Part shown: positions 1 through 13,768 of the stretch, piece after piece
Position numbering within the stretch: the first letter of the stretch is position 1
How the letters are laid out: the number at the start of each line of letters is the position of its first letter
Assembly (NCBI GenBank): GCA_958009085.1
Contig: OY253682.1
Span: 310,001 to 374,000, forward strand
Reading direction: 5' to 3'
Length of the DNA: 64,000 nucleotides
DNA from: Protoeuglena noctilucae
Taxonomy: Eukaryota
The notes under the pieces: generated by a model
Seen by the model: only the letters and a program-made list of their open reading frames with translations
Databases searched by the model: none
What the model was told of the DNA's origin: nothing
Position numbers and translations under genes: made by a program

Positions 1-3000
1 CGGCGGCGGAGGGGAGTGCGCGGGAGATGGAGGGGGAGGTGAGACAGGAGTGGGAGTGCCGGTGGTCGCGGAAGGAGTGCTGCGTTCAACTTTACTTAGT
101 AAATGGTTCTCTTCTCCCAGCTGCGGGAGCTGCGCCGGGCGAGGGAGTCGCTGCAGCGGGCGCTGGCGGCGGCGGAGGACGCGCGGCGGATGGCGGCGGA
201 GAGGGCGGACGCGGAGGCGGGGACGAGGGCGGAGGAGAGGGAGAGGGCGGAGCGGGAGGGGGCGGGGGCCGCGCAGGCGCTGGAGGTGAGGGCCGGGGGG
301 AGGGCTTGCGTTCGTATATCCGCAGTACAGTTAACAATCGCAATCCCCGCGACATCTGCGATGTCTGCACATACCGTACAGTTGTAATTTGTATATATTT
401 GTAATCGCAATCGCAGGCGGCGCTCCGGGAGCTGGCGGAAGCGAGGGCTGCGGCGAACGCGCTGCGCGAGCGTGCGGAGTCTGCCGAACGGGAGCGCGAG
501 AGGCTCGCGGGGGACAAGGCGGACCTGGAGGCGCGCGTTTCGGAGCTGCGGACGATGGCGAAAGAGTCGGAGGGGCAGCTCATCGACGTCCGGGAGCGTA
601 TGGGGGCGCTCAAGGCCAAGATCCACGAGGCAAGGCCGGCGATCGCAACACGTGTGCGATTGGCTGGATAATTCTATAAATATTCTATATCGCTACCAAA
701 ATATGCAAATAGCGATCGAATTCGCGCACATTCGCCCCCGCAGCTCGAGTCGAGCGCCGTGCACGATCAGGCTATCATTGAGGAGGCGTACTTGGCCCAC
801 GAGAGCAGCAGGCGGATGATGGACCTCCTGGGGCTGCAGGCGCAGGCGAGGGAAATAAGGGAGTTGCACTGGCTGTGTAAATATCTATCATCGCCTCCTG
901 CATAGATACTATACACATGGTGTTCTCACCCCACCTCCCCTGACCTCACCTCATCTCCCCGCACCGCAGGTGGAGCTGAGCAACGCAGACCTGGACGACC
1001 TGAAGCGTCGACTGGCGCTGGCGATGCTCAACGCCGGGGACCCCAACATTGCAAAGATGCCGCCACCCACGTCGCCACCCTCTAACACAGCCCGGGGAGC
1101 CCGGGGGGTGGCAGGGGCCGGGACAGGGGCTGCGTTCGCGATGAACCCGCCCAACACCCCCGCTACGCCCGGCCAGGGCGCGGGGTGGGGGGGGGGGGTG
1201 GGAGCGGGGAGGAACGGTGCGACTGGTATTAGTGGCCATGGTCCTGCGAATGGTGGTGGCAATGCCAATGGCTCTTATGGTCATTTGCGAGGTGTCGATG
1301 TCGACCATCAGGGCCCTCCCCGTCGCCTGGAGCGTCAGGGTGTGAGCGTGGCGGCGACGGCGTTTGAGTCAGCGGTGGGGGACAGCGAGGGGGAGGAGGG
1401 GGTGCAGGTGAGACGGGTGGTGGAAGCGAGGGGTTGTTGTGAGGGCAGGTGGAGCTGCGGTGGGTGCAGTGGTTGTGTTTGGTGCCACTGGCATTCATGA
1501 CATGCCATGGCGTGTGGTGCTGCCCCTCCCCCTCCATCCCATCCGCACAGCCAAGCCACGTCTCACCACATCCGCCACCTGTTATTCAAATCTCGTCCCA
1601 TCTCCTTCCCCCTACCGCAGTCCCCGTCCCTCGCCTCTCACGGCAGCGCGGTCGAGGGATCAAATCCCGCCAGCCCCGGCATGCAAAGTCAGGAATCGAA
1701 CCGGAGACCTCTGTTGGACGAACAAGGGCGCAGGATGACCCTGGCGGGGTGGGGCATGGAGGGCGGGGATGGTGGGGTGGATGTGGGTGGTGGGGGGGCG
1801 GGCGTGGGTGCGGGTGCGGCTGTGGCGCTGTCGGACGGTGCGCTGACGGAGTCGGATGGAGAGGGTGCGGCGTACCTCAGGCGAGCTGGGTTGGATGGGT
1901 AATGGAAGGACAATAACATAAATACGACTGATACGCACCTCCACCTCACCTTGTTGCCACCTCACCTCCTCCACCACACCTCCACCTCACCTCATCTCAT
2001 CTCCACTCCTCCACTTCGCCTGACCTCAAGTCCCCCCTCACCTCCACCCCCCCAGGTCGCAACTGGCCCATCTCCAGGCAGCCCTGACGTCTGTCCGCGC
2101 GCAGTGCAGCCAGCTCGTGGCCTCTCTCAGCAGAGCCGACGTCAATGGGTGCAGCCCCGGCGGCCTGAGTCAGGAGCGGCAGTTGGCGGGTGTTGTGCTG
2201 GAGGGGGTGACTGAGGCGCTGGGGAGAGCGGGGGTGGCGCGGGGTGGCGGTGCGGGTGGCGGTGCGGGTGCTGGCATGGGTGTGAGCGAGGGTGACAGTG
2301 AGAGTGACAGTGGGAGTGAGAGTGGGGATGTGGTTGATGGTGGGAGTGAGCGGGATCGTGAGGTCGTGGGACGTGAGCTGGCGGAGCGTGTGATGGTGCT
2401 CTTGGATGGTCTGGAGTCGGTGTTTGACGAGTCTGACGCCAGAGACCTGCGGCTGAGTCAGGCATTGGATGCTGCGGCTGCTTTGGAGAGGGCGGCCGAG
2501 GCTCTGACGGAGGCGATGGGAGATACCGAGGCGGAGAACGCGGGGCTGAGGGGGCAGATACGGTGAGTGGGGGTGGTGGTGAGGGTGAGAATGCCGGGCT
2601 AAGGGGGCAGATACGGTGAGTGGGGAGTGAGGCTGGCTGGGCAAGCAAAGAGGGACTATCGCACCATCCTACTTCTACCACAGCGCCCGCTCGCATCGCG
2701 AAACAGCAACTCTCCACCCTCCCATACGCACCCTAACCCTCTCACCCTCTCACCCCCTCACCCCCTCTCTTAGGGAGCTCGAGGACGCGTTAATATCCGG
2801 CGCAGCTGCCCTGGTGACGAGCGACAGCATGCTCTCGGTGGCGGCCTTCATGCAGCACGTGACGGCCTGGGGGTCGGGGCCGACCGCGGAGGAGAGGGCG
2901 GAGAGGCGCGCTTTGTTTTTAAAGGCGCTTGTGAGTTGGGGATTGATGAGGGTGATTGGCGCGCAGCAAGCAAAGCCATGGACACATCACACCTATCACA

Positions 3001-3936
3001 CCCCTCACCATCACATTCCACCCCCCGCCCCCACATGGCGAGCTGAGTCACCCACCCACCCCATACCAACCCCCCAACATCCCTGCAGGGCGAACCAAGT
3101 CAGTTACTTACCCACCCGCTCCCCCCCATACCCATCCCCCCCTTCCCAGGGCGAGCTGAGTCAGACCAAGCGAGTCCTTCGTCGCGCTGAGGAGGATGCC
3201 GCGACCCTTCGCGCCGAGAACGCCGCCCTATCCGCGGAGATACGCGATTTGAAGCACCTGCACGGCCTGAGACTGGCATTCGACGCCACGCCAGAACCCA
3301 CGCCGGGGGCAAGGAGGGCTGGGCAGCTCCCCGGGCCCCTCGGCGACGCTTCGGATTCTGGCAAACTCAATTCCGGCGCATTCGATTCTGGCAGGGCGTA
3401 CGCAGGGGCCGAGGGGGTCACGCCGGGCGCGACGCCGTCGCTGCTGGCGAGGTTTGATGCGGCCATGCCCGACAGCGCGGTGGCGGGGCCTGGGAGCTCG
3501 GAGACTCCGAAACGGGCGCAGGGGCCGACGCCGGGGCAGGTGCGTGCGGTGCGGGGGGCGTCGCTGCGGGTGCTGGACACATGGCGAGATGGCGTGATTG
3601 ACACTCTAACCCTGACTTGCGACGCAGGACGCGTGGGCAGCACAGGTGATGGAGACTCCCCGCGGCGATGCGCGGTCGGCGCATGGGACGCCGTACGCGA
3701 CGCCGAGGGACGTGAGCCCGGAGCCGCGGCCCTCCGTGGGGACGAGCGGTCCCGTCACGCGCACTGGCTCGGCTTCTTTACAACCTGGGCCCTCGACCCC
3801 GGAAGCGACCCCGGCCTCCGCTTCGGCCATGGCCGCGCTCATGTGGTCCGTCGCGTCGTCCGTGGCGCCCCCGGCCACGCGCCGCACGGACAAGAAGCGC
3901 AGGGCGGAGGGGACCGTGGACGTCCGGGGAGCGTAG
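1..3936 (+). CDS. Multi-exon coiled-coil protein of unknown function (5' partial)
   Basis: Inferred exons ~<1-38, 121-285, 417-629, 743-845, 970-1407, 1621-1880, 2056-2562, 2774-2929, 3150-3539 and 3646-3936, with GT/GC-AG ends. E/A/R/L heptad-like segments (LRELRRARESLQRALAAAEDARR; LAERVMVLLDGLESVF; GELSQTKRVLRRAEEDAATLRAENAALSAEIRDLK). Ends in TAG. Confidence 0.6.
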
Positions 3937-4359
3937 CTGCAGCGATCACGTTGTTGCGTCCCGGTGATTGCGCGGCCTGTTTGGGCACTGTGTTTGGGCG
4001 ATTGTTAGTCAAATTTCATGCAGCGCGTGCTAGGAGAGTGCAGCGCGAGAGCATTTCTTTGTTTTAGGGTCGCACAAGTGCGCGTGGCAACGCACCTGCG
4101 ATGCAGGTGCCTGCGGTCGGCCCAGCCGTGACTGCCATTCGAACGCTTTTCACTCGAATGTAATCTCTCACATAACATTTCAATCAGACGCGCCGCTGAG
4201 CCGCGACGCAGAGCCCAGGCGCGACGCCCGCCTTTGGCCCCTCCTTATCGTCTAGGGCTCGCGCCACCGGGCAGGTGCCCTCCCGGCAGCGCGGCGAAGA
4301 CTAGTCGAGACAAGATAGAGCGAGAGAGATGAGACCGGGGAGGTGTGGCGGGGTCGCCT

Positions 4360-7138
4360 TCATCGTTCAGGGGAAGGCGGCCCGTCTCTGGGCGTGATGA
4401 GACCTTGCTCCCAGACGTCCCGATCGCCCTTCAGCTCGTTCAGAACCTCGCTCAACGCGCTCTCGCATATCTCCTGGTCCACCTGCGGGCAGGGCGGCGC
4501 GCACGCGTCTTCCCCAGCAAAAGCCACAGCACCAACCGTCCTTCTCGCATCCTCTCTCCATCTCCAAACCTCCTCGTTTTTGTCAACCACGACAGAGGGT
4601 CTCCAACCCCACACATCCTCGCCTTTTTGAACTGCAGCTGCTCCGCGAGCTCCTTGGCGATGATGGAGGCGCTGTCAATGGCAGGGTCGAACTCAAACCG
4701 CAGCGTCAGCGGCCGGTCACCGTCCACCGCCTCCCCGGGGCCCGGCAGCCGCGAGAGCTTGGCCACCATGTCGAGCTTGCCGCTCGGCATGCGCCCCGTG
4801 GGGCTCTCGCCCTCGGCTCCGTGCACGCTCCCCGCCACGGTCGGCCGGCGCCCCCAGAACTGAAACATCCACTCCATGCCGGACAGCTGGCCCCGTTTGA
4901 AGTCCGTATCCGCGTTGAGGGAGTTGCGGCGCACGAGGCCGTCAGCAGGGCCGTTCGGGGAGTCGAGGTCGATCGTGCGGGGCGGGTGGCCCACGCGAGA
5001 TGCTGACCGCTCCAATGGGGGTCGGTCGTCCCCACGGCCGCTGATGCTGCGGGGGCGGGGGGCGGGAGAGGCAGGTGGGCGGTGGGAGGCAGAGACGGGG
5101 AGGCAAGAACGCAATGGCATGCATGCTGTGGCTCTGAGATCTGCGATGTGACCCTCACTTACACAGCCTGCCTCACACTACCGCTCCTCACCTGGTCCCC
5201 ACGCTGTGGCTCTCCGTAATGTGCCTCTCATTCACTCACACCCCTCTCACCTGGCCCCCACGCTGTGGCTCTCTGTGATGTGCCTCTCGCTGACCACGCG
5301 GCTCATGTCTGACCCGTCCCCAGGCCCCCCCTTGCGACGGAAGAAGGGGTGGTCCAGCAGATCGCCCGCGGAGGGACGCTGCTCCCTCGGACCCAGGCAC
5401 TGCAAAGGGAATCACGAGGTGATGCTTGTGAGATGCCACGTGAGGTGCAATGTGAGATGCCAACCTCACGCCACTCCACCCCACCCCACCTCACCTTGGT
5501 AATCAACTCAGTTACCCATCCGTATCACTGATGCACTTCACAAGCACCCCACCCCACCCGATGCACACCCCACCCCATCCCATCCCCACCTTGGCAATCA
5601 AGTCAATTACCCCTCACTCTGTCATTAACGCACCCCACGCCACGCCACCCCACCCCACCCCACCCCACCCCACCCCACCTTGGCGATCAGGTCGGCCGCC
5701 TCCGGGTCCCCCACCGCATCCAGCGCCCCCCTCAGCTCCTCGTCGCTGCACCCGGGGCTCAGCTGCTCAAGCGTGATGAGCTCCAGCATGCAGAGACCGA
5801 AGGCGAAGATGTCGACGCGCCAGTCGCCCTCATTGTCCTTGGTCTTCACGTTCGCGTCCAGGCTGGCCACATCGGGGGGTCCGTACCGCCTGGCCTGCAG
5901 CGTCGCCAGGCCCAGGTCCCCGATCTTGATCTCCCCGCGGTTGCCGTTCACGTAGATCTTGTCGCAGCGGGGGTCACCGTGCACGAGGGGGCGGCCGCTG
6001 TCCGTTTGGGAATGCAAGTACTGCGGGCGGGGGACCGAGGGCAGCGTTGCGTGGTCTCATTTGACAAGAGACACGCCCTCCCGCCCACTCCCCGACATGC
6101 CCCTCGGCGCCAGGGTGTGACTGGCTGTGACTAATGTGACCAGATTCCGCAACTAGCCCTGCTCCACCCGCACACACCTCCACCACCTCCACCACCCCCC
6201 ACCCCCACCGCCCCCACGCCTCCCCAAACACCCACCACCAGTCCCCGCCCTCACCTGCAGCCCCCCCAGGATCTGCCTCCCGAACTTGCGCAGCGTCTTG
6301 AGCTCCAGGTCCTTGTGTTTCTTGCGGAACTGCCTCAGGTTCCCCGACGTGAAGAGCTCGGTGACGAAGTTGACCGTGAGGTCCTCCTCGCCCACCCAGA
6401 CCTTGAGCATGCGGATGATGTTGTCGTGGGCCAGCGTGCGCCCCTGTGCCACTTCCTCCCGCAGCCTCTGCCGCTCCTCGTCATCCAAGTCCAGCCGCTC
6501 CACGTAGATCTTGCTCCACGCCACGTCCACGCCCTTGTTGTCGTCGAAGGCCTTGAAGACCTGGGGAAGGGTGGGAAACGGTAAGGGTGACGAGGGAGCA
6601 GGGGAGTGGGGTCGGAGCTGGGAGGGAGCAAGGGAGTTGGCACAGAGCAAGGGGGTCCGCACAGGAGGGCAGCAAGGGGGTCGAGACTGGAAGGGGGTGA
6701 GGGGGTCAACAGAAACATGGGGGCGGACAGGGACGGGCAACGCAGTGGCGGGTGGGAGGCAGCCAGCCACCCCAGACCGAAGTCGTGGTAGGTCGGCTGG
6801 GCACCCCTCGCCACAGCCCCAGGGGCCCTCACCGTCTTGAACTTCCCCTCGCCGATCGGCACGTCGTACCGCGCGAACCGGCCGTGCGGGTCTCGCTCCA
6901 CAATGCCCTCTTCCACATCGCCCTCTCGGAGGTGAAAGGGGCCGTGCAGTTGCGGCACCGGGTCGGCCGCCCCGTCGCGCGGCGTCGCGCTCTCCCGCAC
7001 CGAAACGCTCCGATGCTCGTACACCAGCGCGCGGCTCGGGTTGAGGGCGTGGGAGGCGTCGTCGGGCTGAGCCGAGGCCCCAGCGTCCCCCGCCGCGCCC
7101 ATTGCTGCTGCCGGGGGGCGCTGCAGGGCGATGCTCAT
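4360..7138 (-). CDS. WNK: WNK-family protein kinase-like protein (degenerate catalytic loop)
   Basis: Spliced: ERDPHGRFARYDVPIGEGKFKT|VFKAFDDNKGVDVAWSKI...NFVTELFTSGNLRQFRKKH...RQILGGLQ|YLHS...VHGDPRCDKIYVNGNRGEIKIGDLGLATL...VDIFAFGLCMLELIT...LLDHPFF. The C-terminal LRFEFDPAIDSASIIAKELAEQL resembles the WNK autoinhibitory region. Start codon uncertain. Confidence 0.85.
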
Positions 7139-7998
7139 CCGCGGCCGGGCGGCCGCACGAGGAACGAGCGCGCTACCGCAGCGGAGGATGCGCCGCCTGG
7201 TCCGGCCCACACGGGCGGGGAGACAGAGCGGCCCTGTGCCCGCCGCGACTCGACCGCCCCCGCCTCGCCGCGCACGGCTCGGGACGGCGCGTCACCCACT
7301 GGACGTCAATTACCGTGCGGCCAGGACCTGCACGCAGCACGTGCGGGCTCGAGGGTAGGTCGCTCGGCACCATGGGCGATTCGACTGCTGGCCTGGCATG
7401 GCGGGCGGCTGGGGCGGCAGCGGTGCAATGCCCGGAGCCCCGCACATCGCGTCGAGTCAAGCGCGAAACGAAGGCGCGGTGGACGGTCCGCAGCGAGCGT
7501 TCCAGGGCGCGGCGGCGATGGCGATGCTCCAAAAGACTGGGCGGGCTTGGGGGACCGGGCAGCCGCCATGGCAACGGATGGCCGACGACCGCGACGAGAA
7601 TCACGTCTTCAGTGAAACTCGCACCGGCATCGGGCGCAGGCGCGGCCGAGCGGACCGTCGCGGGACTCGGAAAAGCCAACAGAGCGTGGCACGCGATCGC
7701 CCGCGTCGCGCGGCGTAAAGTTGATGGTAGAGATCAGGCGGAGCGGGCAGGCACCTTAGGGAGGGGCCCCGAGGAGGAAGCACGCACGCCCACGCTGGGT
7801 ATGGAGTATGGCTGAAGATGAAACGGAGCGACGGTGGACAAGCCGCCCTTGGCTGCGTTCCTGGGCCGGCCGCGTCGGCGCTTCAACTCAGGCTGACAGC
7901 ACGCTGCACGGCGTGGCGCTGGCACACTCCTCGCGCCATCCGGAGATGCCAGAGCGCCGAGAGAAAGGCGGAAGTGCAGTCCGGATCTACTCTACGGA

Positions 7999-9022
7999 TC
8001 AGGGGGACCCCGGCCTCTTGGGAGACACGGGCGCCGTGCCGAACGACGCGCCCTCCCGCCAGAAGTGCACGTGGACGGCGTCCATCCCGTGCGCCTGCGT
8101 CTTCTGGACCTGCGGGAGGAAACGCGCATCCCGGCTGCTGGCAAGGCCTCCCCCTGCGCCCCCCTGCCCTCTGTGCATGCCCGCCGTCGACGCACCGTGC
8201 ACCGCCCCCCGTGGGGCTTGACGAGGAACTCCTTGCTCGCGTCCACGTTGTACTCGAGCATCTTCGGGTTCTCCGCGATCGCCTTCCTCGTCAGCGCCTT
8301 GTTCCGGTCGACCTTGTCCGCCACGTAGGTGATGATGGGGCGGAGCTCGTCCGGCGTCCGGCCCAAGAACTGCGCGCTGATGCTGCACATGTTGCAGATC
8401 TCCTGGCTCGTGAGACCGACGCTCTCTGCGACGGGCGCACGCGGGTCAGCGTTATAACTGCCATGGCTCCACGGGCCAGCCGCTTTCAGGCGGTTGCCAA
8501 CCGCACCCAAAAACTCCACGGCCGCCTTGGCCATCTTGGGATCCGTCTTCAGCACACGCCGCTCCATCTTGTCCGTAACCCTGCGAGGAACCGACGACAA
8601 GGCTCCGTCGCGCGCCGTCGCGGCCAGCAGAGGACCGGACAGATGGCCAGCTCGCTGCACGCACCCGTCGATCCAGTACGGGTGCCACTTCTTCTCCTGC
8701 GCAAATAAACGGCAGTGCAAATGAGATCCTGCTCGTTCCTCGGTCAGAGGCGCCGGGGCTAGGCTTCTGGAACGTCGTGTTCGAACTCGCCCACCTCACG
8801 CAACATCTTGGCGACCGCCGCGCTGTTCGCCAGGCCGTTCCCCAAAAACGCTTCCATCTGAGACGCCGAAGCCCTGCACGCCACGGCGAGCGGCCGCGCC
8901 GTCGTCATCCGCACGCATGCGCACCGCGGGGCAGCCCCGGCCGAGCGCATCTCCGCGGCGCTGGGAGCCCGCGCCACCATCGCCAGGGGCTTTGCGATCA
9001 TGCACGAAATCATCGGCGACAT
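7999..9022 (-). CDS. Putative plastid-targeted protein, possibly with mTERF-like helical repeats
   Basis: A/R/S-rich transit-peptide-like N-terminus (MIAKPLAMVARAPSAAEMRS...VACRAS). Coding-like spliced exons (KKWHPYWIDG; AKAAVEFL; VGLTSQEICNMCSISAQFLGRTPDELRPIITYV; AIAENPKMLEY; HFWREGASFGTAPVSP). Family call is weak. Confidence 0.45.
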
Positions 9023-9608
9023 TTTGTCTGTTCCTAGCTACGACAGCGCTGTCTAGTCACGGTCGTTGAGGAGGTTCCTAAGATCCTAGCAGCGTCGCTC
9101 AAGTACAGGTAGGGTTCGGAAGTCGCGGTGGCTCCCAGACATCACGGCAGATGGCGTATGGGGCTGCCCTTCGGACCCTGAGCCGGGTCGCTGGCGGGAG
9201 GGCAACCCCTGGTCCCTGGCCAGACATCCTCGTCCCGCGCCGCTCCCCGTGCGTCTCCATCGCATCGCCATCCACCCCTCCTCCCCGTCTCACGTGCAGC
9301 GCGGGGCGCAGATGTCGGCGCCAGGCTGGATTTTGGCCCAGAGTGAGTTGCGCCTCCCGCTGCGGTCTTGTGGCCGATCTCACCGTCCGCGATGCGACCC
9401 GCGACTCGCACACGGCCCCTCCACGCTCTCGCGGAGGAAAGAGCATGCCCAGGGTTTCGCCTTCGCTCCCCTCGCGCGCCCGTCTCGATGGCCCCGCTCA
9501 CCGGATGCCTCGCATGTCGTGATCGATAGCACGGCGCCCGCGGATCCTGCGGCCGCGCGCCTCTCCCGATAGCGATTTCTGGGGAGTGTCCAGCCCGGCT
9601 GAAGCCAC

Positions 9609-12282
9609 ATGCCCTGTGACGACGACCGCATGGTCTCATCGCCGATAGCTGCGACTTCCGGCGCTCCGCCTTCGGCCCGAGACTGCTCCCCGAGTCCGCT
9701 CCTCTCCCCAGGCCCCCGCGCCGCGGTCCCTGGGGGACCTGGCGGCCCGAAACCTACGGCGATTGTTTCGCGTCGGCAATTCGTGCACGTGGGGTCCAGG
9801 CTGCGCGCTGGGGCAGCCACGCCGAAGAACGGGGCCCAAGGACTGGGAACGGTGGAGCCGGTGCGTCGCTGCGGAGTTCCGGATGCCGCCCGCTCTGCAG
9901 CCCTGGCATGTGTGGCCTTTTCCTCACCCTGGGACGGACTGCAAGGGGTCTCGGGGCGTGCCGATGCCCGGTTCCAGCACGCGCGTCGTGGGGCTGGCGC
10001 CTGCAGCGCCTCCTGGCGCCGGGCTGCCGTCCCGGGGCCACCGCCGGTGGAAGGAAACTTCTTAACTCTTCCCGCGCAGGGGGTCTCTGAGGCCGTGAAG
10101 ACGGCGAGGAAGGTGGATGCCAAGACGACGCCGCAGGACCTGCCGAGGAAGGAGATCGGGGCGACGGATGTCGTCCTGGACTCTCGCGTGGAGAAGGAGC
10201 TCCGGGAGAATGGTGGGCTCGCCGGAGATGCGCTACTCGCTGCGCCTGGTGGAGGAGGCAGGGCCCGACACTTGCTGCGCCCGCTCCCGCAGGCTTCCGC
10301 TCCACCCGCCGCACCAAGCTCATCTGCACCATTGGCCCGAAGACCGCGTCGACGGAGATGATCGAGATGCTGGCGGACAAGGGCATGAACGTGGCGCGCC
10401 TCAACATGTGCCACGGGTCGCACGCGTGGCACGGCGACGTGATTCGCCGGATCCGGGAGATCAACTCGCGCAGGGGCTTCAACGTTGGCATCATGGTCGA
10501 CACGGAGGGGGCCGAGGTGCGGGCGGCCGCCTCTCACGCCCTGCGGCGTCGCCGACCGTGCCGCGTGCTGTGCGCGGTTGCCGTACATGTGCCTCTTGCC
10601 GACTTGGCTCAACCTCGCAGCGTCCCGACGGGTGGGTGCCTCGCTTATTGCAGGTGCACACGCGCGAGCGCTCGTCCCCGGATCCGATCGAGGTGGAGGA
10701 GGGCCAGGACTTTATCTTCACGGTGCGCAAGCTGACGCGCGACGTGGACAACTGCCTTTGCGTCAACTACGACGGATTCACGGAGGACGTCGAGGTCGGC
10801 GACCAGATCTTCGTGGACGGCGGCATGGTGTCCTTCGCCGTGGTGGACAAGGCCGGGCCGGACGTGCTGTGCCGGTGCGTCGACCCCGGCCTCATCCTCT
10901 CCCGCGCCAACCTCACCTTCCGCCGCGACGATCGCCTCATCCGCGGGCGCAACTCGGACCTGCCCGTGCTCACGGCGAAGGACTGGAAGGACATCGACTT
11001 CGCCATCAGCGAGGGCGTGGAGTGGATCGCGCTGTCGTTCGTCAAGTCCGCCGACGTCCTCAAGAACCTCCGCAGCTACATCGCGGCCCGGTCCGACCGC
11101 GACATTTCCCTGGTGGCCAAGATCGAGTCCGTCGACGCCCTGCCCAACCTGCCCGAGATCATCGCCGCCAGCGACGCCGTGATGGTCGCACGGGGCGACC
11201 TGGGGGCCCAGGTGCCGATCGAGGACGTGCCCAGCGTGCAGAAGGAGATCGTGATGCGGTGCCGGGAGGCCGGGAAGCCCGTCATCGTGGCGTCCCAGCT
11301 CCTGTCCAGCATGATCCAGTTCCCCACGCCCACGCGCGCCGAGGTGGCGGACATCGCGGACGTGGTGAGGTCCCGCGCTGACGCCCTGATGGTCTCGGGC
11401 GAGACGGCCGTCGGCAAGCACGCCGACAAGGCCATGGACGTCCTAAGGACGACGGCGGCCGACGTCGAGGAGTGGGTGCGGCGGGAGAAGTACGGGTGAG
11501 GGGCGTGCGGTGGTGTTCCGTCAGAGTTGTGCTGTGCCTATGCATGTGGATGTGGGGGTAACTGAGAGCTGTGGCCGCGCGGACTGCGGTTGAGCAGCCC
11601 GCTGCCCTTGTTTGACTCGACACGCTTGCGACTCGCTTGATGCTGTCACGCCCGCAGCATCCTCCAGCTGAGCCGCCTGGGCTCCAGCGTGGACGGCATG
11701 GTGTCCGACGAGCTGTGCGCCGCGGCGGCCAACATCGCCAACCAGTTGGGAGCCGCTGCCATCTTCTGCTACACCAACCGCGGCAACATGGCCGGCTTCC
11801 TCTCCCGCCAGCGCCCCGACTGCCCCATCTTCGCTTTCACGCCGGACGCGACCGTGGCCAAGAAGATGAATCTGCGATGGGGCGTCATCCCCTTCCGGAT
11901 CGACTTTCACGAGGACCCTGAGTCGAACGTCGAGCGCACGTTCCGCCTCCTCACGGCGCGGAACCTCGTCAAGCCGGGGGAGCTCGTCGTCGTGTTATCC
12001 GACCTCATGGTGAGGGAGCGGAGCGCGTGGCGGTGTCAGCGGTGGCGAGGGTGGCAGCGAGGGTGGCAGGGAGGGCGGCAGCGAGGGTGGCAGTGGGGTT
12101 GGCAGCATTGGTGGCAGCGGCTGCAGCAGCGACAGTGTCCCGCGTCTCATGCCCCTCAGGTGTCGAAGGACAGCAAGGTGGGGACGGTCCGGTCGGTCCA
12201 GGTGCGCCGCGTGAGCTCTGGGGTCGAGGGCTTCCTCACCACCAAGGACGGCCACGAGGAGGGCCTCCTGAAGGCGACTTGA
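9609..12282 (+). CDS. PK: Plastidial pyruvate kinase
   Basis: Exons ~9609 (or 9630)-9860, 10080-10211, 10293-10516, 10654-11495, 11658-12009 and 12160-12282. Motifs [97 protein letters not shown]-terminal transit peptide. Confidence 0.95.
12040..12130 (+). repeat. Intronic 12-bp minisatellite (GAGGGTGGCAGC-like)
   Basis: About 7 degenerate tandem units inside the last PK intron. Confidence 0.7.
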
Positions 12283-13768
12283 GGCGGTCGCAATACGACG
12301 CGCCGCACGCCACGTGTTGGCACGCCGCCCCGTCGCATCGCGTCTCGATGATGCGTTGGCTCTGTCGCCCCGGGAAGAGGGCAGCGGTTCCGCACGCTCG
12401 CATAGGCCAAGCGGAGCCGCGATAACATGCCGGCGCGCCGCCCTCTTCGTCCCTGTCGTGCAAACATTATCCTGACCCTGCCTACTCCAGCTCCCAGCGG
12501 CACTCGGCCGCACCACGCCATGCCTGGCACGGCGCGCTATCGCTACTGCAACTGGGACAGCAGTTTTGTTCCGCAGCCGTCCCCAGCACCACTGAATTGT
12601 GAAAGTCAAAACAGGTCCCGCCAGCTCTTCCGGCTCTGGGCAGCTGGTATGCAGCATTTGGTCTCCCTGCCCGCTGTTGTGACCCGCGCAGCCCTCGGCT
12701 CGGCGGAGGGAGGCGAGCGGGGCTTCTCTGGCATTGCGTTTTCCTGCGCGCCCAGTCATGAGCTTCCTGTCGCGCGAGATAGGCCGCCCCTGCGCCGGCA
12801 TCGCTAAGATAGTCGTATCCTGGAGCTGGCAGTCGCTGTCCGCGCCCAGGAAGCGCTCTGGTTTGTCTGGAAAAGCGCGAGAGACCAGAGTTCGGCGCGT
12901 TTCTGCGGAGCCGCGGCGCTGCGCACCAACGCCTTCCGCCTGGGAGCTGCCATTGATCTATTGTTTCTGCCGTGAGCGTTGCGGGGTGGGCCAGAGGCCT
13001 CGTATGGCTCCCGGGCGTTGCCGGGCTTCTCGCCCCTGAGCCGGCGTTCCTGAGCAGCCCAGGTGCGTCTCTCCGCCAGCATCAGGTCGTTCGTTCCACG
13101 ATAATGCTGGGGAACAGGCCTCGCGGGGGCTGAGCCCCGCATGCGGGCACGCAGGCGTGTCTTGGACTCGCCGGTCGCTTTTCCACTTCTGGGGCCTTCC
13201 GGGCGGTGCGCCGACGCGCACAGACGTGTATTTCCCTTCAATTATCTCGCGACTGCGAGGCGGGGCATCGCGGCTGGCCCGATGAGCCCGGAAACTCGCT
13301 TTTCCGACCTTTTCCCGGCGACTGCTCGGGGGAGCCGGCGAACCGGGGAGCCGTGGACACGGCTGGTTTTGCGTGTCATGTTCAGGGCCATCGCGTAGGC
13401 CTGCGCGCCAATCCTTGCGGCTCTCTGCCCGCACCCCACCAGAACCGGGCCACGCGCCCCGGGGGGATTCCTGGCCCCCCCGTCGCTGTAGCGGCGTTGT
13501 TTATGGATAGGAGCTTCCTGCCGCGCCCTCTCGCTGGCGTCCGGGCTCTCGGGGGAGCGCCTCGGGGCGTCCATGAAGCAGGTTCCCGGGCTTGTCTTTG
13601 CTGGCCCCCTGCGCACGCCGGGGCCCCGGTCGCACCGCGCGCCCTCTTCGCTTCATTCTTTGCATTTATCTCGTGCGGCGGAGAGCCTCTCATGGCCGCC
13701 TCGGTGCCTCTGCGCGGACCGCAGGGGCACTCAGGCTTGTCGCTCCTCCCCGCGCGCAGGCGTTCACG

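Noticed and set aside
12283..13768. 1.5-kb gap between PK and the CHD-like gene as a hidden gene or RNA gene
   Set aside because: I found no coding-like exons or tRNA/snRNA hallmarks. It is probably UTR, promoter and a 5'UTR intron ending at 13759.
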